From Actinomycetota bacterium (lineage in GTDB: Bacteria > Actinomycetota > UBA4738 > HRBIN12), in contig JBEVGU010000101.1 of assembly GCA_040511595.1 (NCBI GenBank), positions 1-60,997 of the forward strand: DNA of 60,997 bases. Direction: 5' to 3'. The position numbers and the translations under genes were made by a program. Below the pieces are notes generated by a model. It saw only the letters and a program-made list of their open reading frames with translations. It had not been told where the DNA came from and ran no database searches. Shown here piece after piece: positions 30,380 through 38,986 of the stretch; the stretch's first letter is position 1, and every line of letters starts with the position of its first letter.

Positions 30380-31698
30380 CGGATGCCCTGGTCGAGCTCG
30401 GCGGCGATCGCGGCCTCGGCGCCCTCACGCACCTCGTCGATGCGCACGCGGTCGAGCACCTCCTGGAAGAACCCCGTCACGATCAAGCGCTCCGCCTCGT
30501 CATGCGGGATGCCGCGGGATTCCAGGTAGAAGAGGGTCTCCTCATCGACGGGGCCGACGCTCGCCGCGTGGCCGCACCTCACGTCGTTGGCTTCGATCTC
30601 GAGGTTCGGGATCGCGTCGGCCTTGGCGTGCTCGCTCAGCACGATGTTGCGGCTCGTCTGCATCGCGTCGGTCTTCTGCGCGCCGGGACGCACGTAGACC
30701 CACCCCGAGTAGACGGCCCGGCTGTGGTCGCGGAGCGCCCCCTTATACAGCAGGTCGCTCGTGCCATTGGGCGCCACGTGGTCCTGGCTCGACCGATGGT
30801 CGAAATGCTGGTCTCCGTCGGCGAAGAACACCCCGAGCTGCTCGCTGAACCCTCCGGGCTCGGCGAGCTCGACCTCGGTCTCGGTCCGGGCGAGATCGGC
30901 GCCGAACCCGAGGCTCAACGTCCGCAGGTCGGCGTCGCGTCCGATGCGAGCCCGCTGGATCGCGAGGTGCGTCATGCCCGTGCCCCAGTCCTGGATCGCC
31001 GCATAGCGCACGTGCGCGCCGTCGCCGACGTGGATCTCGGTGATCGCATCGCTGAACGCCCGCGTGAGGTCGGGCGAGGCGTACCGCTCGATGAACGTCA
31101 CCTCGGCGCCGGCCTCCACGACGATCAGTGTGTGCGGGAAGACGGCCGCGCCGTCGACGTCGACGAACGTGAGGGTTTGCAGCGGCAGGTCGACCTTCGT
31201 GTCGCGCGGCACGTACAGGAAGGTTCCCCCGGTGCGGAACGCCGCGTGCATCGCGGTGAACCTCGTGCGCTTCGTCGGCACGAGGTCGTGGAGGGTGCGC
31301 TCGACGAGATCGGTGTGCTCGGCGGCGGCCGCGTCGAGATCCGTGAAGATCACTCCCCTCGCGGCGAGGGCGGGATCGAGATGGGTGACCATCACGTCGG
31401 AGTCGTGCTGGATCTGGAGGCCCGCCCGCTCACCGATGTCGCCCGCGGCCTCCTGGATCTCGGTAGGCACCCCGTCGAGGTTCTCGGCACGGCCTCCGGG
31501 GGTGTACGGCGCGTGCGTGAGCTCGAACTCCGACAGGTCGGTGTAGCGCCATTCCTCGGTCTCCTGCGAGGGGATCGGGAGGGCCCGGAACTCCTCGAAG
31601 GCCCGCGTGCGGAGCTCGCCGGTGAACCCTGCCACCTCGGGCAGACCCGCCAGGGCGTGCTCGTCGAACGTGGTTGCTGCCGTGGTCTCGGTGGTCAC
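30376..31698 (-). CDS. sufD: Fe-S assembly protein SufD
   Basis: ORF 30376..31698 with a GTG start. SufB/D beta-helix region, including NLEIEANDVRCGHAASVG. Confidence 0.9.
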   Translation of the reverse strand: MTTETTAATTFDEHALAGLPEVAGFTGELRTRAFEEFRALPIPSQETEEWRYTDLSEFELTHAPYTPGGRAENLDGVPTEIQEAAGDIGERAGLQIQHDSDVMVTHLDPALAARGVIFTDLDAAAAEHTDLVERTLHDLVPTKRTRFTAMHAAFRTGGTFLYVPRDTKVDLPLQTLTFVDVDGAAVFPHTLIVVEAGAEVTFIERYASPDLTRAFSDAITEIHVGDGAHVRYAAIQDWGTGMTHLAIQRARIGRDADLRTLSLGFGADLARTETEVELAEPGGFSEQLGVFFADGDQHFDHRSSQDHVAPNGTSDLLYKGALRDHSRAVYSGWVYVRPGAQKTDAMQTSRNIVLSEHAKADAIPNLEIEANDVRCGHAASVGPVDEETLFYLESRGIPHDEAERLIVTGFFQEVLDRVRIDEVREGAEAAIAAELDQGIR

Positions 31699-31704
31699 GA
31701 TGAA

Positions 31705-31710
31705 ATGCTA
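31705..31710 (-). promoter_or_regulatory. -10 hexamer TAGCAT, 6 nt upstream of sufD GTG 31698 (internal leaderless-type promoter)
   Basis: The minus strand reads GGGTAGCAT-TTCATC-GTG, inside the 67-nt gap after the DinB-like gene. Confidence 0.4.
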
Positions 31711-31765
31711 CCCGGGGGGTCGGATTCGCCCAACCCGCCGTTGCGCTGGAAGCATCCCGGAGGGG

Positions 31766-32278
31766 TCAGCTTCTCCGATAGAGGTCTCGCAGGACACCGA
31801 TCTCACCGCCGTGCCAGAGGTCGTGGTGGATCATGGTCCAGAAGATCCGCCACGCGGGCCAGCGCTCTCCCCAGTTGGTGAGGACCGGCCGGTCGAGCGC
31901 GTCGCCGTCGAGCGATCCCGCCGCCTCGGCGAGGAGCACGTGGCCGTCGTCGAGGGCCGCCACGGCAGCCGCCGCCGAATGGGGCGAGTCGAGGTCGGGC
32001 CACGTGAGGCGTGCATCCCCGAACGCGTACTCGTGGTACATGAGCTTGCACTCGGCCACATGCACGAGGCGCCACCCGATGGTCGTGAACGGAGCCGGAA
32101 GGGGGTCCGGCTCCTCGTAGTCCGCAGCCCAGGATCCCCGCCCGGTCGGCCGGATCGTCCACGCATCGGCGACCGGCTCCCACCAGAACTCGTCGTCGGA
32201 GAGCCCGTCGACCCGGTCGCGGATCATCCGGTACGCGTCCTCGAGCTCCGAGGCCAGGAGCTCGGCGCGCGTCGACAT
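31766..32278 (-). CDS. DinB-family (DinB_2) four-helix-bundle protein inserted between sufB and sufD
   Basis: 3' part of ORF 31766..33148 from ATG 32278, 8 nt after the sufB stop. Motifs: WTIRPTG, IGWRLVHVAECKLMYH, WTMIHHDLWHGGEI (His triad-like). Confidence 0.75.
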   Translation of the reverse strand: MSTRAELLASELEDAYRMIRDRVDGLSDDEFWWEPVADAWTIRPTGRGSWAADYEEPDPLPAPFTTIGWRLVHVAECKLMYHEYAFGDARLTWPDLDSPHSAAAAVAALDDGHVLLAEAAGSLDGDALDRPVLTNWGERWPAWRIFWTMIHHDLWHGGEIGVLRDLYRRS

Positions 32279-32286
32279 CTCGCTCG

Positions 32287-33699
32287 CTAGCCGACCGAGC
32301 CTTCCATCTGCAGCTCGACCAGGCGGTTCAACTCGACGGCGTACTCCATCGGCAGCTCGCGCGTGATCGGCTCGATGAAGCCGTTCACGATCATCGCGGT
32401 GGCCTCGACCTCGGACAGCCCCCGGCTCATCAGGTAGAAGAGTTGGTCGTCGCCGACTTTCGAGACCGTGGCCTCGTGCCCGAGCGCCGCGGTCTCCTCC
32501 TCGACCTCGATGTAGGGGTAGGTGTCGGAACGACTCTCGTCGTCGAGGATCAACGCATCGCACCGGACGTTCGACTTCGCGTGATGCGCGTCGGGCTCGA
32601 CCCGGATCAGACCGCGGTAACCGGTGCGGCCACCGTCCTTCGAGACGGATTTCGACGTGATCACGCTGGTCGTGTACGGCGCGGCGTGGATCGCCTTGCC
32701 GCCCGCGTCGGTGTGCATGCCCTTGCCGGCGTAGGCCACGGAGAGCACCTCGCCGCGGGCGCCCTTGCCCATCAGGTAGATCGACGGGTACTTCATCGTC
32801 ACCTTCGAGCCGATGTTGCCGTCGACCCATTCCATGACGGCGTCCTCGTAGGCAACCGCGCGCTTGGTCACCAGGTTGTACACGTTCGTCGACCAGTTCT
32901 GGATCGTCGTGTAGCGCACCCGCGCGCCCTTCTTCACGATGATCTCGACCACAGCGGAGTGCAGCGAGTCGCTCGTGTAGATCGGCGCCGAGCAGCCCTC
33001 GACGTAGTGCACGTAGCTGCCCTCGTCGGCGATGATCAGCGTGCGCTCGAACTGCCCCATGTTCTCGGCGTTGATGCGGAAGTACGCCTGCAGCGGGATG
33101 TCGACGTGCACCCCCGGCGGCACGTAGATGAACGATCCGCCCGACCACACGGCCGAGTTGAGCGCCGCGAACTTGTTGTCGTTGGCGGGGATGACCGTGC
33201 CGAAGTACTCCTTCACCAGGTCGGGATGCTCACGCAGGGCCGTGTCCATGTCGGTGAACAGCACCCCGAGCTGGTCGAGCTCGTCCTTGATCTTGTGGTA
33301 GACGACCTCGCTCTCGTACTGCGCGCTCACGCCCCCCAGGTACTTCTGCTCGGCGTCGGGCAGGCCCAGCTTGTCCCAGGTGCCCCGGATGTCCTCGGGC
33401 AGCTCGTCCCAGTTCGCGGCCTGCTTCTCCGTGGAGCGGATGAAGTAGTAGATGTTCTGGAAGTCGATCTCGCTCAGGTCGGCGCCCCACCACGGCATCG
33501 GACGGATGTCGAAGTAGCGCAGGCTCTTCAGGCGGTACTTCCGCATCCAATCGGGCTCGCCCTTCAGCGCGGAGATCTCCTCGACGACGCGCTCGTTCAA
33601 GCCCCGCTTCGGCTCGAAGACGGCGTGGGAGGGGTCCTTCCAGTCGAAGCGGTAGCCCTTGGCGAGTTCCTTGAGGTGTTCTTCCTGCGTGACGGCCAT
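32287..33699 (-). CDS. sufB: Fe-S assembly scaffold SufB (no intein)
   Basis: ORF 32287..33699 with a GAGGAG SD 9 nt upstream. 470 aa. Includes [20 protein letters not shown]. Confidence 0.95.
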   Translation of the reverse strand: MAVTQEEHLKELAKGYRFDWKDPSHAVFEPKRGLNERVVEEISALKGEPDWMRKYRLKSLRYFDIRPMPWWGADLSEIDFQNIYYFIRSTEKQAANWDELPEDIRGTWDKLGLPDAEQKYLGGVSAQYESEVVYHKIKDELDQLGVLFTDMDTALREHPDLVKEYFGTVIPANDNKFAALNSAVWSGGSFIYVPPGVHVDIPLQAYFRINAENMGQFERTLIIADEGSYVHYVEGCSAPIYTSDSLHSAVVEIIVKKGARVRYTTIQNWSTNVYNLVTKRAVAYEDAVMEWVDGNIGSKVTMKYPSIYLMGKGARGEVLSVAYAGKGMHTDAGGKAIHAAPYTTSVITSKSVSKDGGRTGYRGLIRVEPDAHHAKSNVRCDALILDDESRSDTYPYIEVEEETAALGHEATVSKVGDDQLFYLMSRGLSEVEATAMIVNGFIEPITRELPMEYAVELNRLVELQMEGSVG

Positions 33700-33716
33700 G
33701 ACTGGCAGCTCCTCGC

Positions 33717-33752
33717 GATGCGTTCGTTCGGCGGGCGGTGCGCGAACACATC
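33717..33752. promoter_or_regulatory. Imperfect inverted repeat GATGCGTTCG-N16-CGAACACATC just downstream of the predicted sufB -10 box (candidate operator or 5' UTR hairpin)
   Basis: Arms at 33717-33726 and 33743-33752, 9 of 10 positions complementary. It directly abuts the -10 TAGATT (33754-33759, minus strand). Confidence 0.35.
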
Positions 33753-33753
33753 C

Positions 33754-33759
33754 AATCTA
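33754..33759 (-). promoter_or_regulatory. -10 hexamer TAGATT for sufB (about 48-nt leader)
   Basis: The minus strand reads GGGTAGATTGG. Confidence 0.35.
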
Positions 33760-33821
33760 CCCGCGGCACACGCCTAAAGTCCACCGCCGAGGTCGGATTT
33801 GCTCGCCGCTGCTCGCGTGCC

Positions 33822-33827
33822 TAGGCT
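33822..33827 (+). promoter_or_regulatory. -10 hexamer TAGGCT upstream of the small membrane ORF / PAP2 pair
   Basis: TAGGCT lies 30 nt upstream of GTG 33858, with AAGGAGG (33845-33851) in between. Confidence 0.35.
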
Positions 33828-33857
33828 CCCATCAGGGACCGACGAAGGAGGGGCGAG

Positions 33858-34031
33858 GTGGAGACATCGGATGGACGCAAGGATTCGGCCGAGCTCGTCA
33901 CCAGGGTGGTGGCGGTCGCGATCGCGGTCGCGGCGATCGCGGTGGCGGCGACGACCGGTGACTCGTGGGCGGTCAGGCTCACCCTCGTGTTGGTGGCGGC
34001 CGACGTCGCCGTGCGCCTCTGGCGTTCGTGA
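33858..34031 (+). CDS. 57-aa two-helix membrane protein (hypothetical)
   Basis: Not in the ORF track. GTG 33858 lies 6 nt after AAGGAGG. Sequence: VETSDGRKDSAELVTRVVAVAIAVAAIAVAATTGDSWAVRLTLVLVAADVAVRLWRS. Its TGA overlaps the PAP2 GTG (GTGA). Confidence 0.5.
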   Translation: METSDGRKDSAELVTRVVAVAIAVAAIAVAATTGDSWAVRLTLVLVAADVAVRLWRS

Positions 34032-34744
34032 CCGACCCTCGCCCGACGCGGGCTCCCCGCCGTCACGGTCCGGCCACGCGGCGTCGGCGTTCCGACGCGG
34101 TCGCGGCGGTCTGCGGCTCGCTCCTGCTGGTCGCGTGCGCCATCCCGGCCTCGAGCGGGCAGGTGCGCGGCCCGGAGCGCTCCGTCTTCGAGGCGATCAA
34201 CGGCCTGCCCGACGCGCTCGAGCCGGCGATGCTGGCGGCGCAATTCCTCGGGGTGCTGGCGATCGGCCCGCTGGTGGCGCTGGTCGCCCTCATCGCGCGG
34301 CGGCCACGACTGGCGGTCGCGGCGCTGGTCGTCACCGTCGGCAAGCTCGCCGCCGAGCGGCTGGTCTGGCAGGTCGTGCAACGCGAGCGTCCGGGGGTCA
34401 CCGAGCCAGCCGCGATCGTCCGGGGCGGCACCGCGACCGCGGGGGTGTCGTTCGTGAGCGGCCACGTCGTGATCGTGACCGGCCTGGCGTGGGTCGTGCT
34501 TCCGTATCTGCGAGGCAGATGGCGCGTGTTGCCGTGGCTGGTCGTCGCCCTCGTCGGCTTCGCGCGCGTCTACCTGGGCGCGCACAACCCGCTCGACGTG
34601 GTCGCCGGGTTCGGCCTCGGGCTCGCGATCGGTGGACTCACGAACCTCGCGCTCGGGGTGCCCATGGGCGATGAGCGCGAGGGCGACCAGCAGCGATCGC
34701 CAAGCGTGCCGGAGGCCGGGAACGGCGCCCCGGCCTCCGCCTGA
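34028..34744 (+). CDS. PAP2-family (type 2 phosphatidic acid / undecaprenyl-diphosphate) phosphatase
   Basis: ORF 33965..34744 trimmed to GTG 34028. Motifs: FVSGHV, ARVYLGAHNPLDV. Confidence 0.75.
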   Translation: MTDPRPTRAPRRHGPATRRRRSDAVAAVCGSLLLVACAIPASSGQVRGPERSVFEAINGLPDALEPAMLAAQFLGVLAIGPLVALVALIARRPRLAVAALVVTVGKLAAERLVWQVVQRERPGVTEPAAIVRGGTATAGVSFVSGHVVIVTGLAWVVLPYLRGRWRVLPWLVVALVGFARVYLGAHNPLDVVAGFGLGLAIGGLTNLALGVPMGDEREGDQQRSPSVPEAGNGAPASA

Positions 34745-34768
34745 GCCCTGCCCGATGGTCCGGCGAGC

Positions 34769-35617
34769 CTAGCCTCCGAGCTCGACCGGCGCACCGACGA
34801 GCGAGCCGTACTCGGTCCAGGACCCGTCGTAATTCTTGACCCGCTCAAAGCCGAGCAGCTCCTGCAGCGCGAACCACGTGTGCGAGGATCGCTCGCCGAT
34901 GCGGCAATAGGCGATGATCTCCTTGTCCGCCGTGATGCCCTCGGCCTCGTAGAGCTCCCGCAGCTCCTCGGCGCTCTTGAACGTGCCGTCGTCGTTCGCG
35001 GCCTTCACCCACGGGATGTTCGCGGCGCCGGCGATGTGGCCGGGCACCTGCGACTGCTCCTGAGGCAGGTGGTCGGGCGCGAGCTTCTCGCCGCGGAACT
35101 CCTCGGGCGAGCGCACGTCGACGAACCCGCTCGCGCCGCCGACCTTCCCGATCACCTCGTCACGCAGCGCGCGGATCTCGGGTCGCTCAGCCCCGGCGAT
35201 CGTGTACCCGGTCGCCTCGTGGGCGGGCACGTCCTGCACCAGTCGACGGCTCTCCAGCTCCCACTTCTTCCGCCCGCCGTTCAGGAGCTTCACGTTCTCG
35301 AACCCCCGGAGCTTCAGCAGCCAGTACGCGTAGGCGGCGAACCAGTTGTTGTTGCCGCCATACAGCACGACGGTCGTGTCGTCGCCGACGCCGGCCTCCG
35401 ACAGCAGCCGCGAGAACCCTGCCTGGTCCTGGAAGTCGCGCCCGACCTCGGTGTGCAGGTCCCTCGTCCAGTCCCACTTCACCGCGCCCGCGATGTGTCC
35501 CTTGTCGTAGGCCGTCGTGTCCTCGTCGACCTCGATCACCCGCACGTTCGGATCGTCGAGATGCTCCTCGAGCCACTCGGTGTCGACGAGCACCTCTGGT
35601 TTCGCGTATCCCGCCAT
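34769..35617 (-). CDS. Thiosulfate/3-mercaptopyruvate sulfurtransferase (tandem rhodanese)
   Basis: ORF 34769..35617. Active-site loop YCRIGERSS and GHIAGA motifs in both domains. Confidence 0.9.
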   Translation of the reverse strand: MAGYAKPEVLVDTEWLEEHLDDPNVRVIEVDEDTTAYDKGHIAGAVKWDWTRDLHTEVGRDFQDQAGFSRLLSEAGVGDDTTVVLYGGNNNWFAAYAYWLLKLRGFENVKLLNGGRKKWELESRRLVQDVPAHEATGYTIAGAERPEIRALRDEVIGKVGGASGFVDVRSPEEFRGEKLAPDHLPQEQSQVPGHIAGAANIPWVKAANDDGTFKSAEELRELYEAEGITADKEIIAYCRIGERSSHTWFALQELLGFERVKNYDGSWTEYGSLVGAPVELGG

Positions 35618-35898
35618 GTCTCGGTCCTTCCTTCCGTCGAGGAAACGAACGGCGGCCGCCTCGTGCGGCCGATGAGGGTGGTGCGAGAGGTCTCCGGGAA
35701 GGGTGGTTCAGAGGCCGCGTCGGGTGGACGTCTCCCGGACGACGCCGGTCATCGGACAGCACAGGCGGGAAGGGATCATGGCCGCCACCTCCCCGATGCA
35801 TCTGGTCCGAACCAAATCACGGCTCCCCGGTCGGATCTGCAGGCGATACCTATCGCATCGTCGAGTCGGGCGTCAACGCCGCCACGATCGCTCGCACG

Positions 35899-36240
35899 TC
35901 AGAAGATGCCGAGCGCGGCCTTCGCCTCGTCCGACATCATCTCCGGGCTCCACGGCGGGCGCATCACGAACTCCGGCCGCACCTCCCCGACGCCGGGTAC
36001 ACCTCGCAGGAACGACCGCATCTGATCCTCGATCATCGGGCCGATCGGACATCCCATGGTGGTGAGCGAATACTGGATGTCGACCCCGCCGTCGTCGCCG
36101 ACCTCGACGTCGTACACGAGCCCCAGATCGACGATGTTCATGCCGAGCTCGGGGTCGACCACGTTCTTCAGCGCCTCCAGAATGGCGTCCCGCGTCTCCG
36201 GAGCGTCGCTCGGGCGGTCAACAGCGATCTCTTCGGGCAT
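35899..36240 (-). CDS. sufT: SufT / DUF59 (MIP18-family) Fe-S maturation protein
   Basis: ORF 35899..36240 with a GAGGA SD. Motifs: VVDPELGMNIVDLGLVY, TTMGCP. Confidence 0.85.
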   Translation of the reverse strand: MPEEIAVDRPSDAPETRDAILEALKNVVDPELGMNIVDLGLVYDVEVGDDGGVDIQYSLTTMGCPIGPMIEDQMRSFLRGVPGVGEVRPEFVMRPPWSPEMMSDEAKAALGIF

Positions 36241-36320
36241 ACGCGCATCCTCACTCGACTCGGCCTATCCTGAACAGCGTACCCGTACTTCCCCACAAGC
36301 GAAGGAGCGTGCACCCGCCC

Positions 36321-36974
36321 ATGTCGCCCGAGTCCCCCATCCGTGCGCTGATCGTGGACGACCACCCCGTCACGCGTGAGGGGCTGCGCACCGCGTTGGA
36401 ACTCTCCGACGAGATCGTGGTCGTCGTGGGCGAGGCCGCGACGGGCGAGGAAGCCATCGAGCGCGCGCGAGAGCTCACGCCCGACGTGGTCTTCATGGAC
36501 GTCCGCATGCCCGGCATGGACGGCATCGAAGCGACCCGTCGCATCCGCCAGGCGGCGCCCACCACCAAGGTCATCCTGATCACGATCGACGAGTCCCGCG
36601 GGGCGATCAGCGAGGCGATCCAGGCCGGGGTCTCGGGCTACCTCTTGAAGGACGCCTCCCCCGACGCGCTCGTCGACGCCGCTCGCAACGCGCTCGAGGG
36701 CAACGCGGTGATCCATCCCCAGCTCACGAAGACCTTCATCGAGGAGGTCAGGCTGGGCGAGGCCGAGGCGCCGAAGGCGACCCCACTGTCCAAGCGTGAG
36801 CGCGAGATCCTGCAGAAGGTGGCGGACGGCTCGACCACCCGGCAGGTGGCCACCGAGCTCGGCATCTCCCCGCACACGGTGAAGACGCACCTCGAGCGGA
36901 TCTTCGAGAAGCTCGGCGCGAACGACCGCGCGCAGGCCGTCGCGATCGCGATCCGAACCGGCATCGTGCACTGA
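36321..36974 (+). CDS. NarL/LuxR-family response regulator
   Basis: ORF 36309..36974. ATG 36321 is favoured (GGAG lies 13 nt upstream); GTG 36309 is the alternative. Motifs: LIVDDHP, VVFMDVRMPGMDG, C-terminal LuxR HTH LSKREREIL. Confidence 0.9.
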   Translation: MSPESPIRALIVDDHPVTREGLRTALELSDEIVVVVGEAATGEEAIERARELTPDVVFMDVRMPGMDGIEATRRIRQAAPTTKVILITIDESRGAISEAIQAGVSGYLLKDASPDALVDAARNALEGNAVIHPQLTKTFIEEVRLGEAEAPKATPLSKREREILQKVADGSTTRQVATELGISPHTVKTHLERIFEKLGANDRAQAVAIAIRTGIVH

Positions 36975-37026
36975 CGCAGGAGGCGCGTCTCAACCCGCCT
37001 CCGAGAGGGCCGATACCGGAAGCACC

Positions 37027-38217
37027 ATGACCTTGACCGTGCTGGTCTGCGATGCAGCGGGCGCCGTCGACGGCCTCCAGGTCGAGGCGACCGTCGAGAT
37101 CGGCCTCTCGCTCGATGCCACCACCGACGCCACACGCGTGGCCGAGCTCGCCGCGCGCCTGCGACCCGACGTGGTGATCTGCCGGCTCGACATGGAGGGC
37201 ACCCACGGCGTCGAGGTCCTCACCCGCGTGGCGGCCTCCTCGCCGCCCTCTCGAACGATCGCCCGCATCGCGCCGGGCGATCCCCAGCGAGCGGCCGACG
37301 CCATCGCGGCCGGCGCTTCCGGCCTCTCGTCGGTGGATGACGACCCCCGCACGGTGCTCGCGATCGCCACGGCCGTCGCGGGAGGCTCGGTGGCGATGTC
37401 ACCCGCTATCGCCGCGTCGCTCGCCCGAGAGCTCTCGGCCGCGACCGACTCGTCGGCTCACCTGGCCGGAGAGCTCGACGAGCTCCGCGCGTCGATCTCC
37501 CAAGGCACCTCCGCCAAGGCCGACTTCCTCTCGAACATCTCCCACGAGCTCCGCACCCCGGTCACGGTCGCCAAGGGCATCGCCTACGTGCTCCGGAACC
37601 CGGCCATCGAGGAGGCGGAGCGGACGGAGTTCCTGGAGCAGCTGCAGGGATCCCTCGACAAGCTGATGGGCATCGTCGACGAGATCATCACGATCTCCGA
37701 GCTGGAGCGCGGCTCGTTCGAGCTCGTGCTCGCCGAGGTGGATCTCGCCCCCCTCGTGCTTCGCGTCATCGATGGCGCCCGGGCGACGCATCCGGACGTG
37801 CCGATCCTCGCCGAGGTCGGTCCGACCCTCGAGACGCTCGCCGACGAGGCGCGCATCGCGGGCGTGGTCGCGGAGCTCCTCGACAACGCGTGCCGCTACT
37901 CACCCGCGGGCGCTCCCGTCGAGATCTCGGCTCGGGACATGAAGGAGGGGGTCGTGGTCACCGTGACCGACCACGGCGAGGGGCTCGCTCGAGACGTCGC
38001 GAGACGGTCGTTCGACGAGCCCTTCTCGACCGGCGAGGGCGTACTCCGCAAGGAGAAGGCGGGCGTCGGCGTCGGGTTGCATCTCGCCCGCCAGCTGGTC
38101 CTCGAGCACGGCGGCACGATGTGGGCCGATCCCCTCCCCGGGGGCGGCACGCTCGTCGCCTTCTGCATCCCCCCACGGGATGCTCGCGGGAAGGCCGCGC
38201 GGGCAGGTGCCGCCTGA
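37027..38217 (+). CDS. Soluble histidine kinase with N-terminal degenerate receiver-like domain (HisKA + HATPase_c)
   Basis: ORF 37027..38217. No hydrophobic segments. H-box FLSNISHELRTP, N-box ELLDNACRY, G-boxes DHGEG and GVGVGL. The N-terminal 130 aa resemble a NarL-type REC with the acceptor Asp and Lys lost. Confidence 0.85.
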   Translation: MTLTVLVCDAAGAVDGLQVEATVEIGLSLDATTDATRVAELAARLRPDVVICRLDMEGTHGVEVLTRVAASSPPSRTIARIAPGDPQRAADAIAAGASGLSSVDDDPRTVLAIATAVAGGSVAMSPAIAASLARELSAATDSSAHLAGELDELRASISQGTSAKADFLSNISHELRTPVTVAKGIAYVLRNPAIEEAERTEFLEQLQGSLDKLMGIVDEIITISELERGSFELVLAEVDLAPLVLRVIDGARATHPDVPILAEVGPTLETLADEARIAGVVAELLDNACRYSPAGAPVEISARDMKEGVVVTVTDHGEGLARDVARRSFDEPFSTGEGVLRKEKAGVGVGLHLARQLVLEHGGTMWADPLPGGGTLVAFCIPPRDARGKAARAGAA

Positions 38218-38274
38218 GCATCGGCCCGACGCTGGCGGAGCGCCTCCGAGTGGCCTATCCTCCCGAGGGGTCCC

Positions 38275-38979
38275 ATGCGCAGAGCCGTTCTCGGAGTCGC
38301 CGTCGCCATCACCTGCATCGGGTGCGCCGCATCCTCGCCGGCCGACCCGCTCTCCGTGGCCGAACCGATCCGGGTGTCGTCGTCGGCCTCGCCGTTCAGC
38401 CACGTGAGCGCCGGACCGGTGGCCGCGATGGTGCCCGACGGATGGGAGGCGCGTCCCGCGAGCGGTGAGGCGTTCCGGGGCGGCTTCCTCGCATCGCCCC
38501 AGCCCGACCGGTGGAGTCGCATGGACGGCGGCGTGGCCGGGATGTCCGCTACATGGGTCGACGCGACGCTGGTCGGCATGCCGTCCGACTTCTACTACCT
38601 CGCCGCCACGGGCCCGGTGCTGTCAGCGCTCACCGCCTCGGAGCGATGCGTGGCGGAAACCCCGGATGTGTTCCTCGACCGACGCCCCACGTTCACGCCG
38701 AAGGGGCCCTCGCGCGGCGACTACGTGGCGCGTGGCGAGGGCACGTGCCGGGTGCGGGGCGAGTCGACCCGATGGGCGTATTTCGTCGCGGCACCCGGAT
38801 ACGGACCAGTGCGCGAGCTCGGCATCCCGGCGTCGGGGTTGTACGTGGTGGTCGCCGTGACGCCGGAGGGGGCGAGAGCGAGCAGCTTGCTCGATCGGCT
38901 GATCCGGCGCACCTCCTTCGGAGGATCGTCGGTCGCGGACATCGTCGACGCGGTCGCCGGGAGGCGCGGGTCTCGCTAG
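38275..38979 (+). CDS. Probable secreted protein / lipoprotein (hypothetical)
   Basis: ORF 38275..38979. N-terminus MRRAVLGVAVAITCIGCAASS is signal-like with an imperfect lipobox. Confidence 0.55.
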   Translation: MRRAVLGVAVAITCIGCAASSPADPLSVAEPIRVSSSASPFSHVSAGPVAAMVPDGWEARPASGEAFRGGFLASPQPDRWSRMDGGVAGMSATWVDATLVGMPSDFYYLAATGPVLSALTASERCVAETPDVFLDRRPTFTPKGPSRGDYVARGEGTCRVRGESTRWAYFVAAPGYGPVRELGIPASGLYVVVAVTPEGARASSLLDRLIRRTSFGGSSVADIVDAVAGRRGSR

Positions 38980-38986
38980 CCGACCG

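Noticed and set aside
28817-30529. 570-aa ORF on the plus strand across sufS, sufC and the Rieske gene
   Set aside because: It is a shadow ORF opposite clearly conserved suf genes.
33700-34030. Expected sufR (ArsR-type) gene upstream of sufB
   Set aside because: No HTH-type ORF is present in either strand. The only credible coding sequences there are the small membrane ORF and the PAP2 gene.
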